From Octopus sinensis (lineage: Eukaryota), in assembly GCF_006345805.1 (NCBI RefSeq), contig NC_042998.1, positions 78,244,001 through 78,308,000 on the forward strand: a stretch of DNA of 64,000 nt, given 5' to 3'. The position numbers were made by a program, and so were the translations under genes. Below the pieces are notes generated by a model. That model worked only from the letters and a program-made list of their open reading frames with translations. It was not told where the DNA came from and did no database searches. Positions 11,089 to 23,280 of the stretch are shown here, piece after piece. How positions within the stretch are numbered: position 1 is the first letter of the stretch; each line of letters starts with the position of its first letter.

Positions 11089-14000
11089 ATGTCTGGAAAG
11101 CAACAAACAAAATTAACAGAATCAGAAAGAATTCTAATGGAAATTTCATCGAAATTATCAACACTCATCACGATGATTGACACACAATCTCTATTTAAAG
11201 GAATAGAAAAACAGTCTACAGACGGAAAACTTGGAAATGAACACTAAACTCTGAAATTAAGAATTTAGCTGAAATGATACCAACAAATATAAAATCTACA
11301 AGAGAAAGCCTACCACAACCTCCTTGGATGTCAGAAATAAACGAAAGAAATCTGGAAAAAGAGGCACACGAAAAAGAGAAGAGATACAGAAGACATGGAA
11401 AAACTCCTTAACATAAGAAAACAAAACTTCTGGAAGGCATATAAATGCGAAAAATATGCTGAAATACATTCGAAATGGATATCTTTAGCGGCACCCATAC
11501 TTCCTCGGAAGTACCTAATTAAAGAAATTGCAGGAGAACCAGAGGAAGAAACTAAACTTCGATGGGACCTTAGTTTGATAAAATTCAGGACCGACATCTC
11601 CATTACCCTGTCTAAACAATCCCGCTACAAAGCCAAATACGAAGCTATCGATGATCAAATCAGAGATGAAATATCCAAACTAACGACGGCAATATAGCAG
11701 AAAAAAATGCGAGAACTATGGATCAGAGATATCTCAAAAGAAGAAAGCAGATCAGAAAAAGTTTTGGCAGCGGAAACAATTATTTCTCGACAAATATGCT
11801 ACAAACTACGGTAAAGACAACAGAGCTCCGAGAAATAGCATTAAAAGTGGACAACCTCACCAACGCAACATACACCAGAACACGTGGCAACATGAACACC
11901 TGTTTCACCACGAATCGAAGACGAACTACGGTGTAAGAACTCTTCCCATTTTGTATGCAAACACCCCAATGCACACAACAGGAACAAAAAGCACAAACAA
12001 AATAGATATTGTTTTGAACAGACCATTAGCAGTAGAAATAACAGATCATTTTCAAGACCTCAACAGAGATTACCCACAAGAAACTGGACAAAAAACCGAT
12101 CTAGATCTAGAAGTAAACCCAGATCATTCTCCAGGTGGTTAAAAACAATGCTAACAAGAAATTGAAAAGTAGCATACATAATACCAAAAACAAGACAGAA
12201 AACATAACGAAACCAAGTAAAGTACCACAACCAAAACGCAAAATCATCAAGCAAACATCAACAGGAATATAAATCATAACCAGAAAAAAATCCATTTTTT
12301 TACGTCAGGACAACAAACACCGGAGAAAGAAAAAAATCCAAGAGGAAACATACCCCAAACAACTGAACGTATAGATCCTAAAATAATTAATTTATCAAAA
12401 AGAGATTTTGACAATGATGAAATCCAACTTCTGTCAAAAGGACTGAAATTCACCTACACCAACAGCCAACCACCAAGAATTAAAGGAGGATATCCAAAAA
12501 TTCTGTCGAAAATTACGACTTGTAGAATTCTTCGCTAACAAAAGTAATGAGATTGATGAATCCCTAGTAAGGAATAAATCAAATTTCACCCCACAAAAGG
12601 AAGAAATAACTACCTTGACCAATACATTGATATCCTGTCTAAATTTCCCTTAGACGCAATACCAATGTTAGGCCAAACATTAGCAAATCAGAGATGTCTG
12701 CATGTAAACGTATACAAAACGATCAAACAATAATAATTAAACAAGCAGATAAAGGTGGTGCAATTGTTATTATGGATACCGAATACTATAAGGATTTGGT
12801 GAAGACCAACTGAAGGATACAACCTTCTATTGTGAAATACCCGCAAATATAGACCACCACATCATGAAAAAGATCAACAACCTGATTTCAACACACCACA
12901 ACTCACTACGGATAATGAAAAAGACTACATCACCAATTTTGAACCAAAACCCAGCAACTTCTACGGCTTACCAAAAATACACAAATCAAAAAACATTCAA
13001 CAGGCAGTGAATAAAAGAACAAGAAAGTGAGTACATAAAATTATTACATCCAAAAGACCTAAAACTTAGACCTATTATAGCTGGTCCAGCATGCCCTACA
13101 CACCGTCTAAGCAATTTATTGACATTTTTTGAAACCACTATGTACTTACATACCAAGTTTCATCAGGGATGACATCGACTTCCTGTCCCATCTCCCAAAA
13201 CAACAGAAACAAATTCAGTTTTACTAAGTTTTGATTATGTGGGTAAGCCTCTACACCAATATCCACACGATTTAGGAATAAAGGCGATTAAATACTGGTT
13301 AGAAAAAACATAGAGAAGTGATTCCCAGCAGATTCACAGTGCCATTTATATTAGACACAGTCAAGCTTATTCTAGAAAATAACACATTCTTCTTCAATGG
13401 AAAGAATTACATCCAAATTAGAGGCACGGCGATGGGAACGAGGTTTGCTCCCGTTTACGCCAACTCTAATGGGATACTTAGAAGAACAACTCTACCAGAG
13501 GTGGAGGTAAACTATGGCACTGGGTTTAGAAAGTATATTGAAAAGGCATGGAAGAGATACCTAGACGACTGTTTCATAATCTGGACAGAATCTCTAAATA
13601 CTCTGGAAGAGTTCAATATCCTCCTGAACAACCCTACACCATCTCTCCAATTTACAAAGGAGATGAGTAGTACCAAATTACCATTCCTGGATATAATGGT
13701 AATTAAAAAAGACACCACCATCACCACAGATATATACTATAAACACACAGACACACATCAATACCTAAATTTTAAGTCGTGCCATCCACCACATACAAAA
13801 CGTAACATCCCATACTGCCTAGCCAGAAGAATTTGTACTATGTAGAAGATGCAAATATCAGGAACAAACGCCTAATAGAACTAAGAGATTTTTGCTCAAA
13901 CAAAAAATACCCATCTCTACTTATAGAAAATGGCATACAGGGGCTATAAAAAATACCTATACAACAACTTAGGACAACCCAAGGAAGAGGAAAACAAGAA

Positions 14001-14606
14001 CAAGTCATACCATTCATAGTGACACACAACCCATGTCACCGAATATCTTCAACATTGCCAAAGCAAACCTACCAATCATTGCCCAAAGTAATGATTAATA
14101 AAAGACATAATCACGGATCGAGCTATGGTGCTTAGTAAAAGACAGCCCAAAAAACTTGAAAACATACTAACAAAGGCAAAATTTGACCTCAGCAACAAAG
14201 ACCAAACATTCACGGTATCTAAATGCAATGATAGCCGATGTGGCACATGCCAATTCATACATACCGGTCAATATATAAACACAAAAACCGGGAAAATATT
14301 CACAAACGCGAATATGAACTGCAAAAGCAGAAATTTAATTTACTGCATCAAATGCCCAAATTGTGAAGAAATATATGTAGGTCAGACGGGGAAACGCACT
14401 ATTAGAACGCTCACGTGTACACCGGCAACAGATTAGAGACCCAGAGGTCCGTCAGATACCTTTGAGTAACCACCTAGCAACATGTGGTCGGAAAAAATAT
14501 ATATAATATTCCATTCTACAAATTACACAGCCCAAGTGAAATCGAGAGGAAAATCAGAGAAAAGAATTTTATTGATAAATTCGAACCCAAGCTAAATAAG
14601 CAATAA
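11089..14606 (+). pseudogene. PLE polyprotein (long basic N-terminus, RT, Zn-linker, GIY-YIG), ~1170 codons, broken by small indels in this sequence
   Basis: First plausible ATG at 11082 or 11089 (MSGKQQTK..), RT motifs incl. RYLDD, stop TAA 14604-14606. Confidence 0.8.
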
Positions 14607-15103
14607 TAATAATAATAATACTTAGAGGTATTACTTCCACTGCTACGACCATGACCACTAACAACAACAACAATACTAAAGGTGATCAAGACGAAGATAG
14701 CAGGAAAATTATCTATATTTAGGGTTAAAAGTTCTATTGCCACCACCATCACCACTAGCAACAATAATTAAGGTGCTGACAATGATGATGATGACAATTG
14801 AAATAAAAATATAAAAAAATCTCTGACAAAGGATATTACAACATTTCTAAAAATAACCCAACAATTGCTGCTTCGGCCAGGGTCAAGATACAGGGACTCT
14901 TGACATGTCCAACAAAGCGTGATGCCTAAACCAATCAGCTCAACCAACCAATCAGCTTAAGTAATTGAGTGACTACACACTGATGGTCAGAATACAGTTG
15001 CAAAACCTAGCACTCTGGAGCCTCCCCAGCTGTATTTATAGCACAGAATCAATCATCTTGCTACAGTCAAAAATTGTGAAGCATGACTGTCAACACTACT
15101 AAA

Positions 15104-15147
15104 TGAACCCGAAGATTGCAGAATTCAATGCATGAAGTACTAGTTCA
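15104..15147 (+). ncRNA. minimal hammerhead ribozyme (PLE copy 3; GAA instead of GAAA)
   Basis: Otherwise identical to 10842-10886; one A missing in the GAAA box (mutation or homopolymer error). Confidence 0.6.
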
Positions 15148-15286
15148 ATCAGAATGAATATTTAACATTCTACTATTTCATTTTATTTTATTCAATTATA
15201 ATATATTATCTTATAATATATCATTATAAGATTGTAAATAAAACGTGAAAATCAGACAAGGTTGGAATTCTTTTTTATTAATATAT

Positions 15287-15584
15287 AATATATATATATA
15301 TATATAGTGTAAGTAGTTATACATATAGAGATAACATATATTACATAATATGTATATATGTATATATATATATATAAACATATATATAGATACATGTAAT
15401 AGAGAAATGACAATATATGTATATATATATATGTGTGAATACATACATATGTGTATGTGTGTATGTATGTTTGACTGTATATAAAATATATATATATCAT
15501 ATACATATATATACATACATATATATATATATATACATATATACATATATATATATTACACTATCAATTTACATTACACTATAA

Positions 15585-15616
<32 letters not shown>

Positions 15617-15635
15617 CACTATCAATTTTACATTA

Positions 15636-15674
<39 letters not shown>

Positions 15675-15720
15675 TACACTATCAATTTACATTACACTAT
15701 ATATATATATATTAATATAT
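15287..15720. repeat. (TA)n-rich block with 3x TACACTATCAATTTACATTACACTAT minisatellite units
   Basis: Units at ~15555, ~15615 and ~15675 separated by (TA)n. Confidence 0.85.
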
Positions 15721-15739
15721 ATATTATAATCTTTCTAAT

Positions 15740-15935
15740 TCAGGCAAAAGGCTTAAGTTGTAGGGGATGGGGCCAGTCGATTAGATCGAACCCAGTATGC
15801 AACTGGTACTTAATTTATCGACCCCGAAAGGACGAAAGGCAGAGTCGACCTCTCATCTCTTCAGAGACGATAAATTAAGTACCAATAGCGTACTGGAGTC
15901 GATCTAATTGACTTGCCCCTTCCCAAAAGATTCCA
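15740..15935. mobile_element. two family B SINE fragments in inverted orientation
   Basis: CTGGTACTTAATTTATCGACCCCGAAAGG (minus) followed by GATAAATTAAGTACCAA..GGAGTCGATCTAATTGAC (plus). Confidence 0.65.
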
Positions 15936-16098
15936 GATATGTGTGTGTGTGTGTGTGTGTGTGTGCGCGTGTGTGTGTGTAGGTGCGCGCGGGTGTGTGT
16001 GTACACGTGTGCGTAGAGGAGAGAAAGAAATGCACACACATATGTATATGTGTATATACATATATGTATATCTACGTATATGTATATATATATGCATA

Positions 16099-16149
<51 letters not shown>

Positions 16150-16366
16150 CTATATAATATATATATACATTAATTACATACATATTCAACATTATATGTG
16201 ATTACATAATGTAAAATAATATCATTATAACATAAACAAATGTTTTGGTTTGTAGGTATCTTGTTTGATTTCTCTAACCTATATGCATAATCTATACATG
16301 CATAATATATGGTATGCATTTTCATTATATATAAGTGTGTGTGTGTCGTAATCTATATATATATAT

Positions 16367-16414
<48 letters not shown>

Positions 16415-16698
16415 TATATATATATATATAATATATATATATATATAATAGATATATATATAAAATATAATATATATATATATATATAATATATATATAT
16501 GTATGTATATATGAATATGTGTATATGTGTATATGCATATACATATTCTGTGTACTTATATATTCATAGATATATACACATATTTTGTCATAATAAAAGG
16601 GTAAAATTAATTAATTATTAATTAATTTGCCAAGTAGTGTTCAGTATGTAAAAAGACATTTACGGTTATATTAAAACATTACATTATAACGTAATGTT

Positions 16699-16730
<32 letters not shown>

Positions 16731-16739
16731 GATACATAT

Positions 16740-17105
16740 ATCTTCTTTTATTCTTCTATACTTTTCCTTGTTTTAGTCATTTTGGAAGCCGGGCATGCTG
16801 GAGCACCGCCTTAAAGCCTTTTTAATCGAAGCAAATTGACTGTGGGACTTATTCTTTGTAAGTCTTGTAAGCACACTTATGCCGAACCGCTACGTTACGG
16901 AGACGTAAACACACTAACATCGGTTGACTATGATGGTTGGTGGTAAACAGACACACACACAAATATATACATGCACACACACATACACACAAACACACAC
17001 ACACACACACACATATATCCACTGAAATCCACTCAGTTGGGTTTGGTTGTCGTTAGGCTATAGTGGGACTCTTGCTCAAGGTATCATGCAGTGGAACGGA
17101 AACCG
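16740..17105 (-). mobile_element. family A SINE, diverged
   Basis: CATGCTGGAGCACCGCC tail, GCCGAACCGCTA body, decayed head. Confidence 0.7.
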
Positions 17106-17129
17106 GAATCACGCTGTGTTTGTATTTAT

Positions 17130-17459
17130 GTATTTATGTACATTAGTTTTTGCATTTTTATGTGTGTATATATATATATACAGAGAGAGAGAGAGAGAGG
17201 CAGATTTATATGTGGATATTATATATATATATTATATATATATATATACAAACATACATATAGACATATTTAAATATATATATTATATATATAATATATA
17301 CTTATGTACATCTATAGTGTACATTTCTCCATATATAAATATGCTTGTGTATGTATACGATATTATACACACCATTATATTTATCATAAGTATATATATA
17401 TATATGCATGTATGGTATATCTATATATATATGTATATATATATATATATATAATTATA

Positions 17460-17496
<37 letters not shown>

Positions 17497-18113
17497 GTAT
17501 CTATCTATTATATGTATGTGTATATGTATATATACGTGTTGTGTGGATATATATTATATATATATATATATATATATGTTTGTATATATATACCTGTATA
17601 TATGTATATTTGTATATACATATATACATGTATGTGTTTATGTGTGCATGTATGTATGTATATGTGCATACATACACATACACAAACATTCACACACATA
17701 GATGATTCATTCTATTAGTGCATAAAGTTTCTCACTAAATACGATCCTTGGGGCTACCTAGACATAAACACACACATACACACATACACTAACGCTCACA
17801 CACACACACATGATATATCTGATAAATACGTCATATATATAATGAATGCATAGAGGAGAACGGAGGGAAAATCCGATAAGGAATGTCGGAGACTATGCAT
17901 GGGTAAGTCGGGTTTGTGCATTCAAAGAACGTGAACCTTTAGCATTCGTTCAAAGATCTGAGTATATACATAGATAGATACCTACAAACACACACTCGTA
18001 TACATATACAGGGATAGAGCAAGAGCTGCATCTATCTATCTATCTATCTATCTATCTATTATCTATCTATCTTCTCTATCTATCTATCTATCATCTATCT
18101 ATCTATCTATCTA

Positions 18114-18160
<47 letters not shown>

Positions 18161-18723
18161 ATATATTATATTATATATAATATATATATATACAGGCTAT
18201 ATGTGTGTGGTACGGTAGCTGCATATATGTGCGTGTAGGTCATTATAAAATAAATAAAATAATCTTGTGGATGTACATGCCTCCATTACTTTACTGTTAA
18301 TAATAATCATAATAGAGAGATAGACACATAAATTAAACATAAAGACATATATATATATATATTTATATAGAGAGAGAGACACACACGTACACACATGCAT
18401 ATATGCATATTTACGTACACACACACACTCAAACACGCATATATATACATATATATATATATATATACCTTTATGCAGATGGATAGATACATACATTCAT
18501 TCAAACATGCGTGTATATATATATATATATATATATGCAGATATATATATATATGCGGATAGATACATATATACATACATGCATTCATGCATATATATAT
18601 ATACGTACACACACTTATGTATATATGGATACTTACTACACACTCACATCCACACATACACACACATTGACAGACAGACAGACAGGCAGACAGACAGACA
18701 GACAGACAGACAGATAGACAGAC

Positions 18724-18819
<96 letters not shown>

Positions 18820-18820
18820 C
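17130..18820. repeat. large compound microsatellite block (TA, TG, TCTA, TC, GACA, GATA)
   Basis: Direct reading. Confidence 0.9.
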
Positions 18821-19290
18821 AGACAGAGTGAAAGGGATACTCTGACATAAGTTTCTGCGAGTCTGTCTGCGTGTTAGCATTTGCTTACGTAATTCCATAG
18901 AAAAGCATCGCCAGAATGCTGCAACAGTTGCGAAGTGTGGTATCCACTCACGCGCAACTCTACACACATTAATTTCCCTTCCTTTCTCTCTCTCTCCCTC
19001 TTTCTCTCTCTCCCTCTCTCGCCTTATATATACCTTTTGTTTTTGTTTTAGCTGTTTCAGTCATTAAAGTGCAGACGTGTTGAGGCCTCTCCTTCAAGAC
19101 TTTTCAGTTGAACACATTCCTTTTTTTTTTTCTTTTTTTTTCCCTGAACCTGATGCTTATGCTGTCCTCTTCTAAGCTAAGAGGATGTAAACAAACCGAC
19201 ATAAGCTGTCAAGTGGTATCACACACGCACATACATAGATATATAAATATGTATATATATAGAGAGAGAGAGAGGGAGAGAGGGAGAGAA

Positions 19291-19462
19291 AGGCGTAGGA
19301 GTGGGTGTGTGGCAAGTAGCTTGCTTACCAACCACTTTGTTCCGGATTCACTCCCACTGCATGACAACTTGAGCTACTATAGCCTCAGGCCGACCAAAGC
19401 CTTGTCAGTGGATTTGGTAGACGGAAACTGAAAGTAGCTCGCCGTATATATGTATGTATGTA

Positions 19463-19540
<78 letters not shown>

Positions 19541-19740
19541 TCCCTTCACCATCGCTTGACAACCGATGTTAGTGTGTTAACGTCTCTGTAACTTAGCGGT
19601 TCGGCAAAAGTGACCGATAGAATAAATACTAGGTTTGCAAAGACTAAGACCTGGGGTCGATTTTTTCGACTAAAGGCAGTGCTCCAGCATGGCCGCAGTC
19701 AAATGACTCAAACAAATAAAAAAAATAAAAGAATAAAAGA
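19291..19740 (+). mobile_element. family A SINE with internal (TG)n
   Basis: AGGCGTAGGAGTGGGTGTGTGGCAAG head through GGCAGTGCTCCAGCATGGCCGCAGTCAAATGACTCAAAC tail and (ATAAAAG) end. Confidence 0.85.
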
Positions 19741-19998
19741 ACATTAGTTCGTAAATCTATGATATACACCTAGTAGTTAACCGGTAAAGCACGTTCACTT
19801 TCTCAGTGTTAGTTGGGTATTTGATTAATGAAAGAAACGGAAGATAGAAGGTACGAGAATGTTTATTTTAAACACATACATATATACATATATATGTTTA
19901 TATATATACATATAAATTCATATATATATATATATATGAATTTAAATATATATATGTCAATATCTATAATCTATACATATATTTATCTGTGTGTAGAT

Positions 19999-20063
<65 letters not shown>

Positions 20064-20209
20064 GTCTATGCATCACCCGAGAATGACACATCCCGAAAGT
20101 TCTCCGCTACAGGATCAAATCCAACAGAATCGCTGCCGAGGGACTTTTTAATAATACAGTTATAAAGTGTAGTTGGGATTTCCCTCTTCTGCTTTTACTG
20201 CTATGATAT

Positions 20210-20430
20210 AATGGTTTCAAAATTTTGACAAAAGGCCAGCAATTCTAAGGAAGTGGGTTGAGTAAGTCGATTACATCGATTTCAGTGTTTAGCTTGTACT
20301 TGTATTTACCAAGCCCGAAATTATGAAATGCAAAGTCGGCCATGGTAGAATATGAACCGAGAAATATAAAGAGCTTTGAAGAAATGCTGTTAAACGTCTT
20401 ACCCGACTCGCTAACGATTCTACCAGCTCA
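20210..20430 (-). mobile_element. family B2 SINE, diverged
   Basis: GGTTTCAAAATTTTGACAAAAGGCCAGC tail and AAGTCGATTACATCGA core. Confidence 0.6.
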
Positions 20431-21320
20431 GCGTCTTTCTGCTGTGACGTAATGATTTCTTGGCGGTAAAGATAGGATTCAGCGCTACACTGCTAAACAT
20501 ATCACTTCTTGGGCCTGAATGTTTTTGACTGTCTATGTTGTCGTACTAACTTGATTTTGGCCGAGTGCTCCGTAGGACGTAATACTGATTTTTCCTAGTC
20601 GGGTAGCCCGGAGCATCATGAAGTTAAGTAGGTTGTTTAATGAGACAACGTACTTTCTGCAAGGAAAACGAAGACAACATCATATGTTTGAGAACTAAGT
20701 TGCGTCACCAGTAGAATACATGCCTTCAATTACTGATTCAGGTGCGAAGCTGCAACATTTTATCGGGTCAGGTGTATCGTCAATTCAATCAAGCCCTGTA
20801 CTTGACCCGTATGTATTTTATTGAACCAATAATTATAAAAGGTGATGTCGACTCAAACGCAAAGGTTCGCCCAATTGATACTGTCAATAATTTTCTAACT
20901 TTAACCCAGGAAGAGAAATGTAAAGCTAGAAGTTAAATAGGATATAATCATATATGTTCATGGTTCGTCCAAAAGACATTAATCCATTAATGCATAAAGT
21001 TTAATTTATATTATACTATTAATTACAATCGATAAATGGTTTGTATTGAATAATTTTATAACTCTTGTTTTTGAAACGCTATGCATTAATGGGTTAAAAT
21101 TGTGGTTTTATTTCATTTCTGTTATGATATCATTCACGGCTAGATGAATCTGTAGAAATATTAAATCGAACAAATACTTGATTGGCACTTTATTTTATCG
21201 ACCCCGGAAGTACGGAAGACAAAGTTGACAGTGGTAGGATTTGACGTGAGAACTTATAGGACCGTAATGCATACCAGAGACATTTTTTTTTTCAATGCTC
21301 TGACGATTCTATAAATTATT

Positions 21321-21556
21321 AGAAGGCGGCGAACTGGCAGAGTCGTTAGCGCGCTGGACGAAATGCTTAGCGGTATTTCGTCTGCTGTTACGTTCTGAGT
21401 TCAAATTCCGCCGAGGTCGACTTTGCCTTTCATCCTTTCGGGGTCAATTAAATAAGTACCAGTTACGCACTGGGGTCGATATAATCGACTTAATCCCTTT
21501 GTCTGTCTTTGTTTGTCCTCTCTGTGTTTAGCCCCTTGTGGGTAGTAAAGAAATAG
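21321..21556 (+). mobile_element. family B SINE (Deu/Nin-like central domain) with 15-16 bp TSD, next to an older minus-strand family B copy (~21185-21305)
   Basis: A-box/B-box head, GCCTTTCATCCTTTCGGGGTC..AAGTACCAG domain; ATTCTATAAATTATT at 21306-21320 and 21557-21571. Confidence 0.9.
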
Positions 21557-21665
21557 ATTCTATAAATTATTTCCTCCATACATGCATGCGACTTGTGAGC
21601 AGTGAAGGAAAGCAAGGATAACGTTTCAGTCCTACACTAAAGCCTTTTCACCTTACATTTTCTGC

Positions 21666-21748
21666 AAATGCTTTAAGCGGGAAATATTTTGAGCGGGAAA
21701 TGCTTTGAGCAGGAAATGTTTTGAGCGGGAAATGTTTTGAGCGGGAAA
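21666..21748 (+). repeat. 16-bp tandem repeat, ~5 units (AAATGTTTTGAGCGGG)
   Basis: GCGGGAAA at 21677, 21693, 21725 and 21741; GCAGGAAA at 21709. Confidence 0.9.
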
Positions 21749-22878
21749 CACTCACTTCCTAAAAAAATTGAGGCCTTATCTTCTACGTTCAAAGCTGGAT
21801 TAATGCTGACCTACGCCCTCAACATCACCCAGAAATGGTGCACTCTCAACTCTTCCATTGTTTAGCAAACCATTTCGACATAAACGCATAATGTGAAAAA
21901 AAACATGTATAAACTAAGTTTTTTATCGTAGCCATTCCACTAAGCCAGACTCAATAGCTATATTAGATATGAATTGCTTTTCTAAACAATTTATTTAACA
22001 CTAAATGGCAGCAAGCAATATAACAATTATTTATGAGTATTTAGAGAAACAGGAAATATATAAATTTTCAACACCTTTAAAAAATTTTTCTTTTCTTTTT
22101 GTTATAATTTACATTTGCTCCACAGTGAAACTGGCAATAGTAAAAAGCTCTGTGGTGGTCTCTCTCTCCTTTGATGCCCTAAGCATGTGCTTATTTTGTT
22201 TAATAGTTAATCGGGCTCTGGCCAGGTTAGACGATGGCTTAATTAGTTATGCGCAGGATAGAACGCCATTACGCTCCGTTATCATTAATTCGAAGTTAGA
22301 GTTGTTATTGATTTTCTTGCTATTGCTGATAGTAATGCTTAATTCCAGGTAACTCAGACAAAGTAGGCATATGATCAAAACCGACTCATCTGTCACCTCC
22401 AGATATTATTTTCAGACTTGATATATCTAGGGCTTCGTTAGCAAATGACGGCGATATTTATCTGGTCGAATGACCACATAGATGTTTCTTCGTTGACTCG
22501 ATCTGATGTCGATAAAGGAGGCACGAGACAAATATTGGAAATCCATTAAATCGACCAATATTTGTGACCTCGTGGTTTATTAAAAATCAGTATTATATGC
22601 TCTGTGCGTGTGTGTGTTTGTGCGTGTGCGTGAGAGAGATAGAAAGACCTATAACTCTCCATGCAGTAGTGATTGCCAACTGAAAATCACCCAACGGTGT
22701 ACGCAGATATAGAAATTCGCTTAACAACCATATGATTTTAGGTTCAACTCCACTGCGCAGCCCCTTGATTCAGTATTTTCATTATGTAGCTTAGGGTTGA
22801 CCAATGCTGTAAACGAGATTGAAAGATGGGAAACGGGGCAGAGTTTATGTCCATATGTGCTTCAGTGTGTGATTGTGA

Positions 22879-22918
<40 letters not shown>

Positions 22919-22971
22919 AGCGCGTGTATGTGTTTTGTAAGTGATTGCGTCCATGTCCGTGAATGTATTCG

Positions 22972-23280
22972 TGAAGGCGCGTGGTTTAGTAGTTAGGTTT
23001 AGTAGGTCGTGAGTTCGATTACTGGCAGCGCGCTGTGTCTTTGAGCAAGACACTTATTTCACGTTGCTCCAGTTCCCTTAGCTGCCAAAAATAAGTAGTA
23101 CCTGTATTTCAAAGGGCCAGCCTCATCACATCTTGTATCACGCTAAATCCTCCTGACACTACGTTAAGAGTACACGAATCTGCGGAGTACTCAGCCATTA
23201 AACGCGTTAATTCCACGTGCAAGTTGTTCGTTGATCGGAGCAACTAGAATCCTCGTCGTCGTAACTAACAGATTGCCAGT
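22972..23280 (+). mobile_element. tRNA-derived CORE-type SINE
   Basis: GGCGCGTGGTTTAGTAG A-box, GAGTTCGATTAC B-box, TGTGTCTTTGAGCAAGACACTT core. Confidence 0.65.

Larger units (their letters stand above)
11061..15286 (+). mobile_element. Penelope-like element copy 3 (near full-length, tandem to copy 2), Neptune-like
   Basis: Same sequence as copy 2 plus ~450 nt extra 5' ORF; linker CNDSRCGTC (Cx4Cx2C) before the GIY-YIG-type IYCIKCPNCEEIYVGQTG; ends in (TA)n. Confidence 0.95.

Noticed and set aside
14215-14480. Possible selenocysteine recoding or Naiad-type PLE
   Set aside because: All Zn-ligand cysteines are TGC/TGT in the copies, and the endonuclease is C-terminal, whereas Naiads have it N-terminal
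15553-15702. Repeat-spacer-like pattern (constant ~26-nt unit separated by variable stretches)
   Set aside because: Spacers are just (TA)n of varying length; a eukaryotic minisatellite, not CRISPR
17850-17915. Canonical donor G|GTAAGT after a short purine-rich open stretch
   Set aside because: No polypyrimidine acceptor or start upstream; embedded in microsatellites
19291-19365. tRNA-like A/B boxes at SINE heads
   Set aside because: SINE promoters without a full cloverleaf; no true tRNA genes found
22005-22352. 115-aa hydrophobic ORF with a possible acceptor (..CTCCACAG at 22125) and donor (CAG|GTAACT at ~22348)
   Set aside because: No recognisable domain and no partner exons identified; RNA-seq would be needed
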